From contig NC_068985.1 in NCBI RefSeq assembly GCF_001194135.2, positions 8,247,475 to 8,291,854 on the forward strand: a DNA stretch of 44,380 bases, read 5' to 3'. The DNA is from Octopus bimaculoides. Taxonomy: Eukaryota. Numbering within the stretch: position 1 is the first letter of the stretch; each line of letters opens with the position of its first letter. Below the pieces are notes generated by a model. The model had not been told where the DNA came from. It worked only from the letters and a program-made list of their open reading frames with translations, and searched no databases. Of this stretch, positions 20,575 through 32,204 are shown in pieces. Made by a program: the position numbers and the translations under genes.

Positions 20575-22500
20575 TCTGTCTTTATTAATATGTATTCACA
20601 GACTGAGTGTACGGTAGGGAATAATTCTGATAGGTGCTTATTTACCATAAACAAGGTACATATGCCACTACGACTACGGATGACAGAAACAAAACCGGCT
20701 GTCTTGAGAACTGTCGCCAAGAATTGGTAGCCGATCTCGTCAAAAGATTTCGATTGAATTAAAGTGAACAGAACCAAACTCATGCCAAGTTTCTTATCCA
20801 TCCTCGATATTATGGGATGGAAATTATTGTGGATAGATTCAGGATGGCACATTTGTGCGACTCAGCAAACATTTTGCTAACATCTTATCCTAAATTTTGA
20901 AATCTTCGTTTAACAGAGTTATAGACGGAAAATTATCAATGTGACCACCTCATGCCTTTTGAAGATGTTTTTTAAGCCGCACCACCGCTCCTCGACACAC
21001 ATAACTTGAAATTCTCCTGTTCTACTGCCAGTTCCGGTAGATATCTACCAAGAGGTCACAAAACAAGTGGCATATAAAAGTAAACATCACAAACGATCCA
21101 AACCAGGTGATTTGCCCAGCCACCATCCAGGCAACCAACCGTTATTTCTCGTATTCCCCCGACTGTTAGCGGCTTTTGGTAACGCCAGCTGAGGGCTGCA
21201 ATATATCACTAAGTTAGGCACTGTAATCCATTCTACTTTCCGGCCCTCCACTCATCGAATCGTCGAGCAAAGTGCAGTTGAAAAGGTGAACATATCTGCT
21301 TTGGTTCAAGTAACATGCACCCATTGCAGTCCACCAAAGACAGAATTGTTGCTTTGTGGCCACGCAGTGTTGTTGTTATTTGGGTGCATCAAACGGTTTT
21401 TCGCCCCCTCGTGCCCCCTCGTGCCCCCTCATGTCTCACCTTAGCTCTGAAAATGTTGCCATCGTGTTTTGTGCTGAAGAATTGCTAGGGAGCCAATCTC
21501 GCTACGAGCTCATGGATTGCTACACCTTTCCTAAAAGCCTATTATAACTGTTTAACCGATCCTCCCACCATTCTAGCTTTTCCTGTCTATAAAACCTTTC
21601 TAAACTTTGCAAATTCTACCTTACTGCCCTTTTCAGGCCAAACCACCATCAGCTGCTGACTGCAGCCCTCGTCAACGCCCACTTAACTGATTTGCTAATC
21701 TAGTCTGTATAGACTTGGCCCGCCGTGATCGACGCGTTCAGCTTTCAGTAACAGGGTCCCTGCGAGCGAACCCTATCTATGTCGACCGTACTTATCATAA
21801 ATTAGAAGTTTGTGTAGCCGACGATTTCAAATTGTGGACAAATGACGTTATCCTCATCTACTAGCCTATAGAACAATCCATCTAGATATGATCTAGATAC
21901 TCGTTGCGATGTACCTATGATCACATTGGTACATTCGGGAAATCCAGTTAACTGTTAGTAATGTTGCTGCCTTTGGCTTTGGTGGATCATCTTTTGTTTT
22001 TCTTGTGGCCTCCACTTTCGGTAATAGTGATGTTGTTGCTACTGTATCTGTGTCTTCCAGCCATGTAACTGGCACTTCAATCAATATTGCTGCTATTGTG
22101 TGCTGCTATAGTTACTATAGCCGCGTGTTATTGCTGCTGTTTTATTAGTGGTGATATTGCGGTGTTGGGCCATTTTCTGTTCTTGGACGCAGAAAACCTG
22201 GAGGTGATTTGTATTTCCACAGTTTAGCATCGGGGCCTTCTACCCTCCACTGTTAGGTCAGTGATTTTTATACCAGCCCAATTTTCCTTTCGTATTTTTT
22301 TTTCTTGTTTTGTATTTCTAACAATATTCTAGCATCTTCACAGACCACATATTTTACCACCCACCAGAAGTTTGGTTCTAATGGAGTGTTAGACATTTTT
22401 CTCGGGTCACCCACCGCCCCAGGTAAATTGGCATCTGCGTAAAATCTTCAGATTTGTGAGAGGGCGGAGTACTACTGGCCTAGAGTTAGCGAGTGGAAAA
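20575..22500 (-). mobile_element. Tx1/L1-type LINE remnant: ORF1 zinc knuckle, APE C-terminal part and RT N-terminal half
   Basis: ORF1: TVEGRRPRC(x)NCGNTNHLQVFC, a CX2CX4HX4C knuckle with a 1-nt deletion, at ~22190-22250. APE: SRSYLDG...QGPCY*KLNAS. RT: GKSPGLD, DNFPSITLLNEDFKI*DKMLAK and LIQSKSFDEIGYQFLATVLKTAGF (degenerate DxSKAFD). Confidence 0.85.
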
Positions 22501-22663
22501 CAACTCGGATGTATCCGAACTTGTGGTATCTCCTACAAAATTATTATCTGAACATATGTCACAAAGAGAAGATGATTTGCATTTTTTTCTGCGATAAACA
22601 ACCACACAGGTTGTACACAGGTTGTAATTTTGGGAGATTTTTGTTTGACATGCCATCGTTTCT

Positions 22664-22895
22664 TATTTCTTTATTACCCACAAGGGGCTAAACATAGAGG
22701 GAACAAACAAGGACAGACAAAGGGATTAAGTCGATTACATCGACCCCAGTGCGTAACTGGTACTTAATTTATCGATTCCGAAAGGATAAAAGGCAAAGTC
22801 GACCTTGGCGGAACTTGAACTCAGAACGTAGCGGCAGACAAAATACTGCTAAGCATTTGGCCCGGTGTGCTAACCACTCTGCCAGCTCGCCGCCC
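22664..22895 (-). mobile_element. SINE family B, complete, tail type 1, with 20-bp TSD
   Basis: TTTGAC(A/C)TGCCATCGTTTCT occurs at 22644-22663 and 22904-22923. Confidence 0.93.
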
Positions 22896-23329
22896 TGCCA
22901 TCGTTTGACCTGCCATCGTTTCTGCTGCTGCTGTTGCTGTTGTTTGTGCTTATGTTGTTGTTATAGTTGTTGTTACTGTAGCTTCTATTGATACTGCTGC
23001 TAATATTTATTCATTACTAGCTCTGTATCGTGTGTTAGGAGATGACTGCAAAAGACGGCGTCACCCTCAGAATCCGGCATCGATCTCATTTGCTGGTCAG
23101 TCGTCAAAGATGAGGCCATTTTGGAAATTTTGCATATATTTCGAAAATCTTTCTTTCTTTTAAAACTGAGCTCTGCAGTGTAAGTAACGATTGATCTGTC
23201 CATTGCAACTCTGCTCAACTAAGATACAAAGTAGATTACTAAATTCAGCAAAAACAAACGTCTAAAAAAGAAAACACGGCAGAAACTCGTGGGGCTTCTA
23301 AAACACGTTCAGTTCCATTGATAAATTGA

Positions 23330-23367
23330 TAAACAACAATAACAATAATAATTTGATGACGATGACA

Positions 23368-23411
<44 letters not shown>

Positions 23412-23430
23412 AACGATGATTATTATTATT
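23330..23430. repeat. (AAC)/(GAT)n/(ATT) trinucleotide microsatellite
   Basis: Visible tandem array. Confidence 0.95.
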
Positions 23431-23856
23431 TTGGTGCAAAGACAGCTATTTTGACCTGCCATGGGCGATAAAATAAGTAACATCTTTAGGTCCCTAAGTT
23501 GTTTTCAAAGATTTAAAGGGCTATAGCGTAAAATGCTTTCATCGATCAGTTACATATTATTTTTCGTTTCCTTATATCTTTCAGTTGGGAAATCAAACCG
23601 GGAAAACATCTTTACACTTTTACTTGTTTCAGTCATTTGACTACGGCCATGCTGGAGCACCGCCTTTGTTCATAATAAATAAAATTGAGGAGATGGTTCT
23701 TTCAAAAGCCAGGAAGAGGGACACTTAAATACAAAGGCTCCTGTGTAATAAGAGGTTATGGAGCCTTCAGTCTGATACACTCCACTCTCTACAATTTTGG
23801 GTCACGTTGTGCTAAACTCAGAAGTTATTAATGGTGGTAGTTCTAAGAATCTAAAG

Positions 23857-24060
23857 CAGTGGGTCTCAGCCATTTTTTGCCCATGAACCCCTTTGATTCC
23901 TGTTTTAATCGGTTGGGTCATCAAAGAAATTCCATGATTTAAAAAAAATCCCATCATATTTTTGTAATTAAATATTATTAGAAATTAAAGAATAAAATGT
24001 TTTGAATGACACGACAATGCACTATAATACAAATAATGGACTATAATAACTGTTGTAATT
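23857..24060 (+). mobile_element. Possible Charlie-type hAT left end
   Basis: CAGTGGGTCTCAGCC resembles CAGTGGTTCTCAACC and is preceded by ATCTAAAG, which fits NTCTARAN targets. No right TIR found; the end coordinate is approximate. Confidence 0.35.
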
Positions 24061-24429
24061 TAATCATTCATAGTCTGATATGATATTTCGGAATAAAAAT
24101 GTCTTCAGATATCCTGAGGAATTAATAGAGTCGCTGCTATAATCGGTTTTCCAACAACATTTCTGCTTTTTTTCCCCCGGAAGCGTCCCATGAGTGATCT
24201 CACGAAACCCCTTTCGGAATTCCTCATGAGAAGTGTGTAAGGTCGGCCATGTCTTAATCACGTGTGTGCTAGTACATCCGTAGCGCTGTGTTATACGTAT
24301 AGCTTCCTTTTTTTCCCTTCTCCTTTTTTATCTTTTTTTTTTTAATGGACAGGCTGCTATATCAATCAATAATGCATTATTAACTGTTACGAGAGGTAAA
24401 TACAGTCCCTTTGCTCTATCATAAGTAAT

Positions 24430-24630
24430 ATATTTCCCCGAGCTGACAGAACTGTTAAATTGCTTAGCGGTGTTTCGTCTGTTTCTCGCATTTTGAGTTC
24501 AAATTCCACCGAGGTCAACTGTTTCTCTCATCATTTCGGGATGAATAAGATAAGTGACAGTTGAACATTAAAGTCGATGTAATCGACTTCATCATTACCC
24601 CGAACTTGCAGGCTTTGTCATAAAATTTGA
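24430..24630 (+). mobile_element. SINE family B, degenerate
   Basis: GAGCTGACAGAA...GAGTTCAAATTCCACCGAGGTCAAC...GTCGATGTAATCGAC. Confidence 0.8.
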
Positions 24631-25156
24631 CATCAGTATCTTTCTCAACAGTTTCTCACATTGCAAAACAAAAATCCTGCGAATTTATGTCTTCTTCAGT
24701 TTCATCATCACTTTTTATCTCGTCACTTATTTATCTCTATCTCTCTTGAAAGAACGTATATACAGTATTACATCTATATTAATACACATTAATTATCTAC
24801 ATATAAAACATATTTTCATGGGAATTGGTCTACTAGGAGAAAACTGCAATTAGATCTTCATGTGAAGTTTCTAATATATTAAATAATCTTTCAACTTTGT
24901 CAATTACTTCCTGATACACGCCTCACTGGGTGCGATCTCACTTATCAGGCAAACCAACACTGATACTCGTCTTTCTGTCCAAAGTTTCTCTCGAAAATTC
25001 TGCATGAAGCGTTTCTAATAAATGAGAAAGTTATAATCCAAGTTTTCTAACTTCGTAATCAGGACAATCTTTCTCAGAAGCAAATCCTTTAATATATGAT
25101 TAAGATAATTCAGTATTGCAAGACACAATGTCTTTTGCTAATAATATTAAATACAG

Positions 25157-25544
25157 ATAAGACGGCGAGCTGGTAAAAAACGTTCTGAGTTCAAATTCTG
25201 CTGAGGTCGACTTTGCCTTTCATGCTTTCGGGGTCGATAAATTAAATACCAGTTGGGTACTCGGGTCGATCTAATCGACTGGTCCCCTCTCCCAAAATTT
25301 CGGGCCTTGTGCCTAGAGTAGAAAAGAATATTAAATACAGCCATGAGATGGGTGAGCTGGCAGAATCGTTAGCACGCCGGAGAAAATGCTGACCGGCATT
25401 TCTTCTGTCTTTACATTTTGAGTTCAAATTCTGCCGGGGTCGACATTACCTTTCATCCATCCGGAGTTGAACAATTGGATCAATGTAATCAACTGACTTA
25501 CCCCTCCTCGAACGTGCTGGCTTTTTGACAAAACTTGAAACCAG
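25157..25544 (+). mobile_element. Two tandem family B SINEs (25157-25326 and 25341-25544) sharing a target site
   Basis: Both have a head and core. TATTAAATACAG occurs at 25145-25156, 25329-25340 and 25545-25556. Confidence 0.88.
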
Positions 25545-25553
25545 TATTAAATA

Positions 25554-26560
25554 CAGGGTGCGTTAGGTATTTGAGAACATACCTTTTTGGGGTCATTGCT
25601 GCATTTTTTGCTAACTGTGTATAATCTTTGTTTCAGAAAATAATACTAGCAGACCCTCAGCTTACTCAAGAAATGAAGAGGCATGCTGTTATTGTGGTTA
25701 TAAAGGCTGAGCATAGCGATTTAGAAATATCTCGGTTTTTAAAAGTCACCAGATCTTTCGTCTACAAAGTTTGTAAGGAACTAGAGACTGAAGATGGAAA
25801 TGTATCACCAGTATCAAAGCATAAACAGCGTTCTAAATAATTAGAACACCTGAATTTATCCAGCAAGTTCAATAATCCCAGAAATTTCATGAGGTCAATT
25901 GCAAAAGATCTCCATGTGTCGGAAGGAACAGTCAGAAATGTTGTCCACGAAGACATCAGATATAATTTTTATATGATGAGGAAAGGTCAATTTGTCAGAA
26001 AAAGCAAAAGAAACTCACTACTTCAGATGTAAAAGGCTCTTAAACAAACTAGCAGAAAAAGATTTGATTTGGCTTTTCTCAAACGAGAAAAACTTTCACC
26101 AAGATCAAAACGTTAGCAGAAGAAATGACAGATGGTTATGTGCAAACCCTTCTGAAGTTCCAAGTGTTATGCATACAGAATTTCCTGCAACTGTCATTGA
26201 TTTAAGTGTTGTCAGCAATGAAGAACATGCAGCGCCTCCTTACTTCTTTTCACAAGGCCTTAGAGTTAACTCTGTTGCCTACATTGATGTCCTAGAAATA
26301 ATTGTTAAGCCCTGAATAGACAGTGTATCCAATGGAAGGCCATATATGTTTCAGTAAGACTCTGCACTATCACACATGGTTCTAGTAACATAGGAATGGA
26401 TGGCTGAAAATTTTCATGATCACATTACCCCTAACATTTGGCCTCCTAATTCCCCAGATCTCAATCCGTTGGACTATTACATGTGGAATGTTGTTGAGAG
26501 AGAGGTAAATGAATTCGCCCATAACACCAAAGATTCTTTGAACGCTGTCATAGACAGTAC
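25554..26560 (+). mobile_element. maT-family (DD37D) Tc1/mariner transposon, 3'-truncated, degenerate
   Basis: Starts TA|CAGGGTGCG. Translation shows WLFSNEKNF, FQ*DSALSH and WPPNSPDLNPLDYYMW, with 37 residues counted between the last two catalytic Asp. Several stops; right TIR not seen. Confidence 0.85.
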
Positions 26561-27260
26561 TTCTTGATATACCAGACGTTTCCGTTGTTTTGATTACGCC
26601 AGCCCCTGCCATACCTCTTCGAACGTCCGATAGATCTGTAAGTTTAATGAATTTTAATTACCTTTTTCTAATAATATCTGAAAAGAAACAGCAATTTTAG
26701 CAAAATATATTAAGCAACACTAATAATAAATAAATAAAAACATAAAAATAAACATGCTTTTGACGGTTTTATAGATATTTGAAAATTATGATGCTATGAT
26801 GCTAGGTGCTTCCATTGTTTTGTCCAACCCATGTATATAGAAATATATNNNNNNNNNNNNNNNNNNNNNNNNNNNNNNNNNNNNNNNNNNNNNNNNNNNN
26901 NNNNNNNNNNNNNNNNNNNNNNNNNNNNNNNNNNNNNNNNNNNNNNNNNNNNNNNNNNNNNNNNNNNNNNNNNNNNNNNNNNNNNNNNNNNNNNNNNNNN
27001 NNNNNNNNNNNNNNNNNNNNNNNNNNNNNNNNNNNNNNNNNNNNNNNNNNNNNNNNNNNNNNNNNNNNNNNNNNNNNNNNNNNNNNNNNNNNNNNNNNNN
27101 NNNNNNNNNNNNNNNNNNNNNNNNNNNNNNNNNNNNNNNNAATACATGGATATAGATTAAACATCGGTGTCAAATCTCTTTATTAAATGTATAAATTTAA
27201 AACTTTGGATATATAAACAAGGAGAACGATCCTTAAGCAATCTAATTTAGATTTTTTGAA

Positions 27261-27308
<48 letters not shown>

Positions 27309-27584
27309 TACACACATTCTCCCATATATATATATCTATACATACATATGCATGTATGTATGACTGTGTGTTTGGCCCCCAGTACATGAGAACCGATGTT
27401 GGTTTGTATGTCCCCGTAACTTAGCGGTTCAACAAAAACGTCGGCAGAGGATTAAATACAGACTTTAAAAAATACTTGGGTCAATTTGTTCAACAAGGTG
27501 ATGTGACAGAGTGACTGTAATCCACTGAATGGAACAAGGAAAAGAGTAAAGAGCTTTTGTATGAATATCTTTTTCTAATTTTCG

Positions 27585-27790
27585 GGCAGCGAGTGGCTGG
27601 ATCGTCAGCACGCCGAACAACATGCTTGGCGGCATTACTTTCGGTTTTACGTTCTGAGTTTAAAACATCCGAGGTCGACTTCTCTTTTGATATTTTCGGC
27701 TTCAATGAAATAAGTACCACTCGAGCACTGGGGCCAATGTAATCGACTCGCCCACTCACTCCAAATTTCCGTCTTAATGCCTTAGTAGAA
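27585..27790 (+). mobile_element. SINE family B, degenerate; further fragments at 19960-20045 (-), 28215-28340 (+), 30922-31080 (+), 31450-31580 (+), 34380-34520 (+) and 41080-41235 (-)
   Basis: Head and/or the GAGGTCGAC...AATAAGTACCA...GTAATCGAC core is visible in each; boundaries are approximate. Confidence 0.8.
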
Positions 27791-28783
27791 TGGATTTATT
27801 TTTTTCAAATTTAAAGGAGTCTTTTAGCGGTGAGGGCAAATTTTTTAAACGAATTACTGGCATATTTTCTATGAAAATACTCAGTGTACTAATAATTTTC
27901 TAGTTGATATCTCCAGTACACCGAAAGCCAATGTCCTACTACGCAGCAGTTCCTAAATATTTAAAATGGAACGCTCATGCTTCAGAGCTTTTAATCATTC
28001 AAAGCTGACCGGCCGTTAAACAACAAGAACTTCAACAGTTTCTTCATACATGATTGCCCTTTCGTCACACATGATTAAATGCACCTAATAGTATACCTTA
28101 TTTATGAGTGACACTTGGTTTTAATGTTCATTCTGAGAAGCTTTATTCGTGTTGAACATTGTACAGAGAGTGTGGGTGTTAATCGTGATTCGAGAGATGT
28201 CAATATGATTGTTATTTTGAATTCCGCTGAGGTCAACTTTGCTTTTCTTCTTTTCGGGGTCGATAAAATAAGCACCAGTTTAACTGGGTTCGATTTAATC
28301 GACTGGTCCCGCCCCCAAATTTCAAACCTTATGCCTTTAGTAGAAACGATTATGGTTGTTATTTTGATAACGAGATTGTTATTACTTAACTCAGGGTCAG
28401 CCCTAATCGAGCAGACACATGATCAAAATTAAACCAGCCGTGACCATCGTGTCTTTTTCCTGTTTGCATGAAACCCAGGACCACATCATCCAATGTGTCC
28501 TTTTCTCAGTGGGCAGGCTGTGATATGAAGGAGATTTGGCTACTACTCTTCAAAGCAGATCAAACGAACATCTACATGCATTCTTGCGTTACTCAAGAAT
28601 CCCCCGTTTGTTCAGCTTCAATCCTTTATATTGTTGCTGTTGTTATTTTTGCTGTTTAATCCCTACCCAACACTGATTGATCAGCATTATGAACAAGGCT
28701 ATTCCAACCGAAACTATTCAGAATGATAGGATGATCTATGAAAATAAACCCTGACATCTTTTCTTTTTAAAAGAAATGTGTTT

Positions 28784-29120
28784 CTAAATGTTGTGGGGTA
28801 CTTCCGGCTCCTGTGATTCGGGAAGATTTGAACCAGTAGCTGATTTTTCGCCTCGAATCTGGTTCATCATTCGAGTACGTGACCCTTTGTGCTCTGGTCG
28901 ACGACCAATTCGGTTTGTATTTTGCTTTTTTATCACTGAGGCATGACGAGCTTGGACGTTGACATTAGGGGACGGATCTGTCTGTTTAGGGTTAATTTTT
29001 TTGAGACAACACCGTCTCCGAGTTCTCTGCATGTAAACATTGCTCGCAACGTAGCTTCTTCAGGCTAGCAGATCGGTATTCGTCTGTATTTTTTTTTGTT
29101 GATAGATTTATCTCCGGGCA
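28784..29120 (-). mobile_element. Possible 5' (N-terminal) remnant of an RLE LINE ORF
   Basis: Frameshifted basic/Ser-rich frame ...RIGRRPEHKGSRTRMMNQIRGEKSATGSNLPESQEPE loosely resembles Dong N-termini; no diagnostic motif. Confidence 0.3.
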
Positions 29121-29662
29121 TAGTTTTTTGTGGTGTTTTTAAACTTACGAATTGTTCACTCTGTCTGTGCTAGTTCAAAAAATAAAAATACAAAATAGTT
29201 CTGTTTTTTCTTTTGTTTTGCTTCGTTTTTGACACGTGCTTTCATATACGTGAATGTGTGTTCTGTAAATTTCACGTAGTTGTACAAACATTTGGATGTA
29301 TGTGTAGTCCTATGGGTATCAAAATGTATATATGATTGTGTAGACATTCGAGTGTATCCGTAATTACTCAATTTATATACTTACTGTTTTGTTCCATTTA
29401 TATTTTATAATTTGTAAGTTTTCCGGTGTTGATTTCGCGTGTGTTTCGCACATGTTTCACTGAGACATCGTGCGTAGGAGAAACTGTGCTTTGTATGGCA
29501 GTAAAATTTCGTTTTTGTGATTATTTTCGTTAAAAGACTGCTTTCTTCAAGTCTTCCACAAGTTCCTTTATACCATTCCATCGATGTTGTTAGATTAGAT
29601 TTGTTTTTGAATGGGGAGCCCGGTGTAGCACATCCATGTTGTTATTCAGCGCGGGGCTATTC

Positions 29663-29694
<32 letters not shown>

Positions 29695-30008
29695 GTCAAG
29701 ACGAAGAGCGCGATTCGATTGTAAGATATTTTATAAGTTGAACGATATTTCAACAGTACGTCTGTCTTTGTCNNNNNNNNNNNNNNNNNNNNNNNNNNNN
29801 NNNNNNNNNNNNNNNNNNNNNNNNNNNNNNNNNNNNNNNNNNNNNNNNNNNNNNNNNNNNNNNNNNNNNNNNNNNNNNNNNNNNNNNNNNNNNNNNNNNN
29901 NNNNNNNNNNNNNNNNNNNNNNNNNNNNNNNNNNNNNNNNNNNNNNNNNAAAAAAAAAAAGACGACAGAAAAAAAGGAAAGAAAAAAGAGAGAAAGAAGA
30001 ATATTTAA

Positions 30009-30922
30009 TCAAACAGTTTTGTATAAATTTTTATGATATTCTCCTGTCATCTTATTCATTCCTCCAGGGCGTGGTGTTAATAACCCGCAAACATATTTCT
30101 CCAAATACATTCTGAGAAGTGAAATTAGAGCAGATTCAAAATATTTTCTGAGAATATGCACTTTCAAGTCTTCTTCAAAATTGCAGCCGCTTGAAACGAA
30201 ATGTTCAGCAAGTTCTGTCGAACTACTGTTATTGTGCCTGACGTCGAATCTGTGCCCATTAAACAACCAACATAAATCAAGTTGTGTTTCGTGCATTCTG
30301 CAGCGTACACCAAATGGGAATGTTTACATGTTCCCCCTTCTGTATAAATCATAACGTTTCTGTTATGATCTCTGATGGAATTCACTTCACTCATGTTGTT
30401 GCACAATGAACAGGGCTTACCTCTCTTGCGGCTGTTCTTTAAGGTACAGCGTGCAGATACTCTAATGTTCGTTTTCTTGGAGTCAGATATAGAGGTCAAT
30501 AATTCTCTTATGTTCTTATTCCGTCTAAAGGCTACAATGGGCGGCTGAGGAAATATCTGTTTGAAACGGGGATATTTTTTCGCCACATGCTGGTAACTTT
30601 TATGCAAACACTTTTGAAATACCAGCGAAATGTCGGTGCCAGCTAATCACTAAAGGAATTCTATCATCTATTGTATTGTGTTTGCTAAAATTATGCGTGT
30701 AGGTTTAATAGACTTTAGGGCCGAAATTTCTTTTTTTTTTTTGTTTCTTTTCAAAGTTCACCAAACAGTTACAGAAACATGCAAATGCTTTTGTATGTCA
30801 TTATGTCAAACGTGGTTACAGTGAATCACGATTAAAGGAAATAGCAAATGAAATAGCTAAGATTAACAAAGATAGTCAAACCTAAACGCATAATTTTAGC
30901 AAACACAATACAATAGATGATA
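30009..30922 (-). mobile_element. Penelope-like element: GIY-YIG endonuclease end (30009-30706, minus) plus inverted upstream segment (~30760-30922, plus)
   Basis: KPCSLCNNM...CKHSHLVYAAECTKHNLIYVG...FNGHRFDV...ELAEHF...EKYVCGLLTPRPGGMN matches a PLE GIY-YIG domain across a small deletion. The plus segment encodes ...VKRGYSESRLKEIANEIAKINKDSQT, as at 2494. Confidence 0.9.
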
Positions 30923-31576
30923 TGGCCAAATGTCAAGCGGTATTTCGCTCGTCGCTACGTTTTGAGTTCAAATTCCACCGAGATCGATGTTGCCTTTCAT
31001 CCCTTCGGGGTCGATTAAATAAGTACCAGTTACGCACTAGGGTCGATGTAATTGACTTAATCCCCTCCTCCAAGCGGCCCTTGTAGTAAAAATTATTATT
31101 ATTATTATTATTATTAGTAGTAGTAGTAGTACTAGTAGTAGTAATAGGTAGTGGGTGTAACAGCAGCAATATCAAGTGTAGCTTTAGAACTAGTGGTACT
31201 GTAACTTAATAGAAATTTGACAAAGAAGAGTTTTAGAATAGGGCAAGTATTGTAAAGTTGTCAGCTTTTTAGACCATGAAATTAAAATGAAAAGATTCTT
31301 CTAAATATGCATGCATTTGAGTGTTTGGGGGTGGGAGTGAAGGTAGTAGGGAAATTGCGCGGTTAAGTAGTTATGTAGGAGGCATGTGTGAGAACTAGAC
31401 ATACATGCAGTCGAATCGAAATATTTATTCGCTGAGAGTGTTGTACATTAGAAGAAAATTAGTTGAGGTCGATTTTGCCTTTCATGCTCTTGATGTCGAT
31501 AAATTAAGTACCAGTTCGACACTGCAATCGACTTACCCCTCCTCCAAAATGGCTGCCCTTGTATTAAAATTTGAAA

Positions 31577-31904
31577 CATTATTATTATTATTATTAGTCA
31601 GTTGTTTTATTTTTATAACGTGCTTTCACTTGACTACCGAGCGCAGCTCTGTGTGCCTTGGGTATGTGTTGTGGTTTGCTGTGATGCTCTTATGGTTACT
31701 GTATTGAAAGTGTTTTGCGTAGGAAGTATGCAGTGCCCAGTAATGCAATTTTCTGTATGTTATATATATTTGTATGTCCTGGTGTTTTTGTTATGTATTT
31801 GTCTGAATATTTTTTTATTATACCTAAGGTACCTACTATGATAGGAATTGTTTCTGTTTTTAGATTCCACATTCGAGTTACCTCTATTTCCAGGTCTTTA
31901 TTCT
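31577..31904 (-). mobile_element. R4/Dong-type LINE 3' end, copy 1
   Basis: KDLEIEVTRMWNLKTETIPIIVGTLGIIKK...IQKIALLGTAYFLRKTLSIQ*, then a UTR and (TAA)n. Confidence 0.88.
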
Positions 31905-31908
31905 ACCG

Positions 31909-32204
31909 GTATATGGCGTAGTGGTTAAGAGCGCGGGCTACTAACCCCAACATTCCGAGTTCGATTCCAGGCAGTGAGCTGAATAATAATAATAATTACA
32001 ATAACAATAAAAATAACAACATCGAAAAATACCTTAGGAATGAGAACCCAGGCTGGAAATTTCCTCAAGACACCCGATGAAGGCTGGAGGGTATATCAGC
32101 CGAAACGTTGTGTTAACAACAAAGATGAGGACAAATATCGTCAATTGTAAATAATGTACATAATTCCTCATCTCTTAAATATAGAAATGTATTAGCCTTA
32201 TTTT
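31909..32204 (+). mobile_element. tRNA-headed SINE-like element carrying a hammerhead motif
   Basis: Box A TGGCGTAGTGG at 31914-31924, box B GTTCGATTC at 31959-31967, an (AAT)-rich linker and a hammerhead fold at 32069-32114. The first T4 is at 32201. A second copy of the head lies at 39765-39820 (-). Confidence 0.75.
32069..32114 (+). ncRNA. Minimal type I hammerhead ribozyme motif (U4C variant)
   Basis: Stem I GACAC/GUGUU; core C-C-GAUGA; extra A, then stem II GGCUG/CAGCC with a 10-nt loop; GAAA; loopless palindromic stem III ACGU; putative cleavage after U32109. Confidence 0.7.

Noticed and set aside
20593-20660. Apparent plus-strand exon (CACAG|ACTGAG...AACAAG|GTACAT)
   Set aside because: Lies antisense within the Tx1 RT remnant; the splice-like signals are most likely incidental.
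21401-21430. (GTGCCCCCTC)x3 tandem
   Set aside because: Post-insertion slippage inside the Tx1 remnant; no further significance evident.
23000-23218. 72-aa minus-strand ORF in apparently unique sequence
   Set aside because: No recognisable motif, non-ATG start in the track and no consistent splice-site pair with an open frame.
29030-29066. Minus-strand CUGAAGA plus short stem GCU/AGC
   Set aside because: No GAAA after the stem and no stem I/III pairing.
31909-31975. tRNA gene (also the heads of SINE families A, B and C)
   Set aside because: Box A/B and an anticodon-like arm are present but there is no complete cloverleaf or acceptor stem; the sequence continues into repeat bodies.
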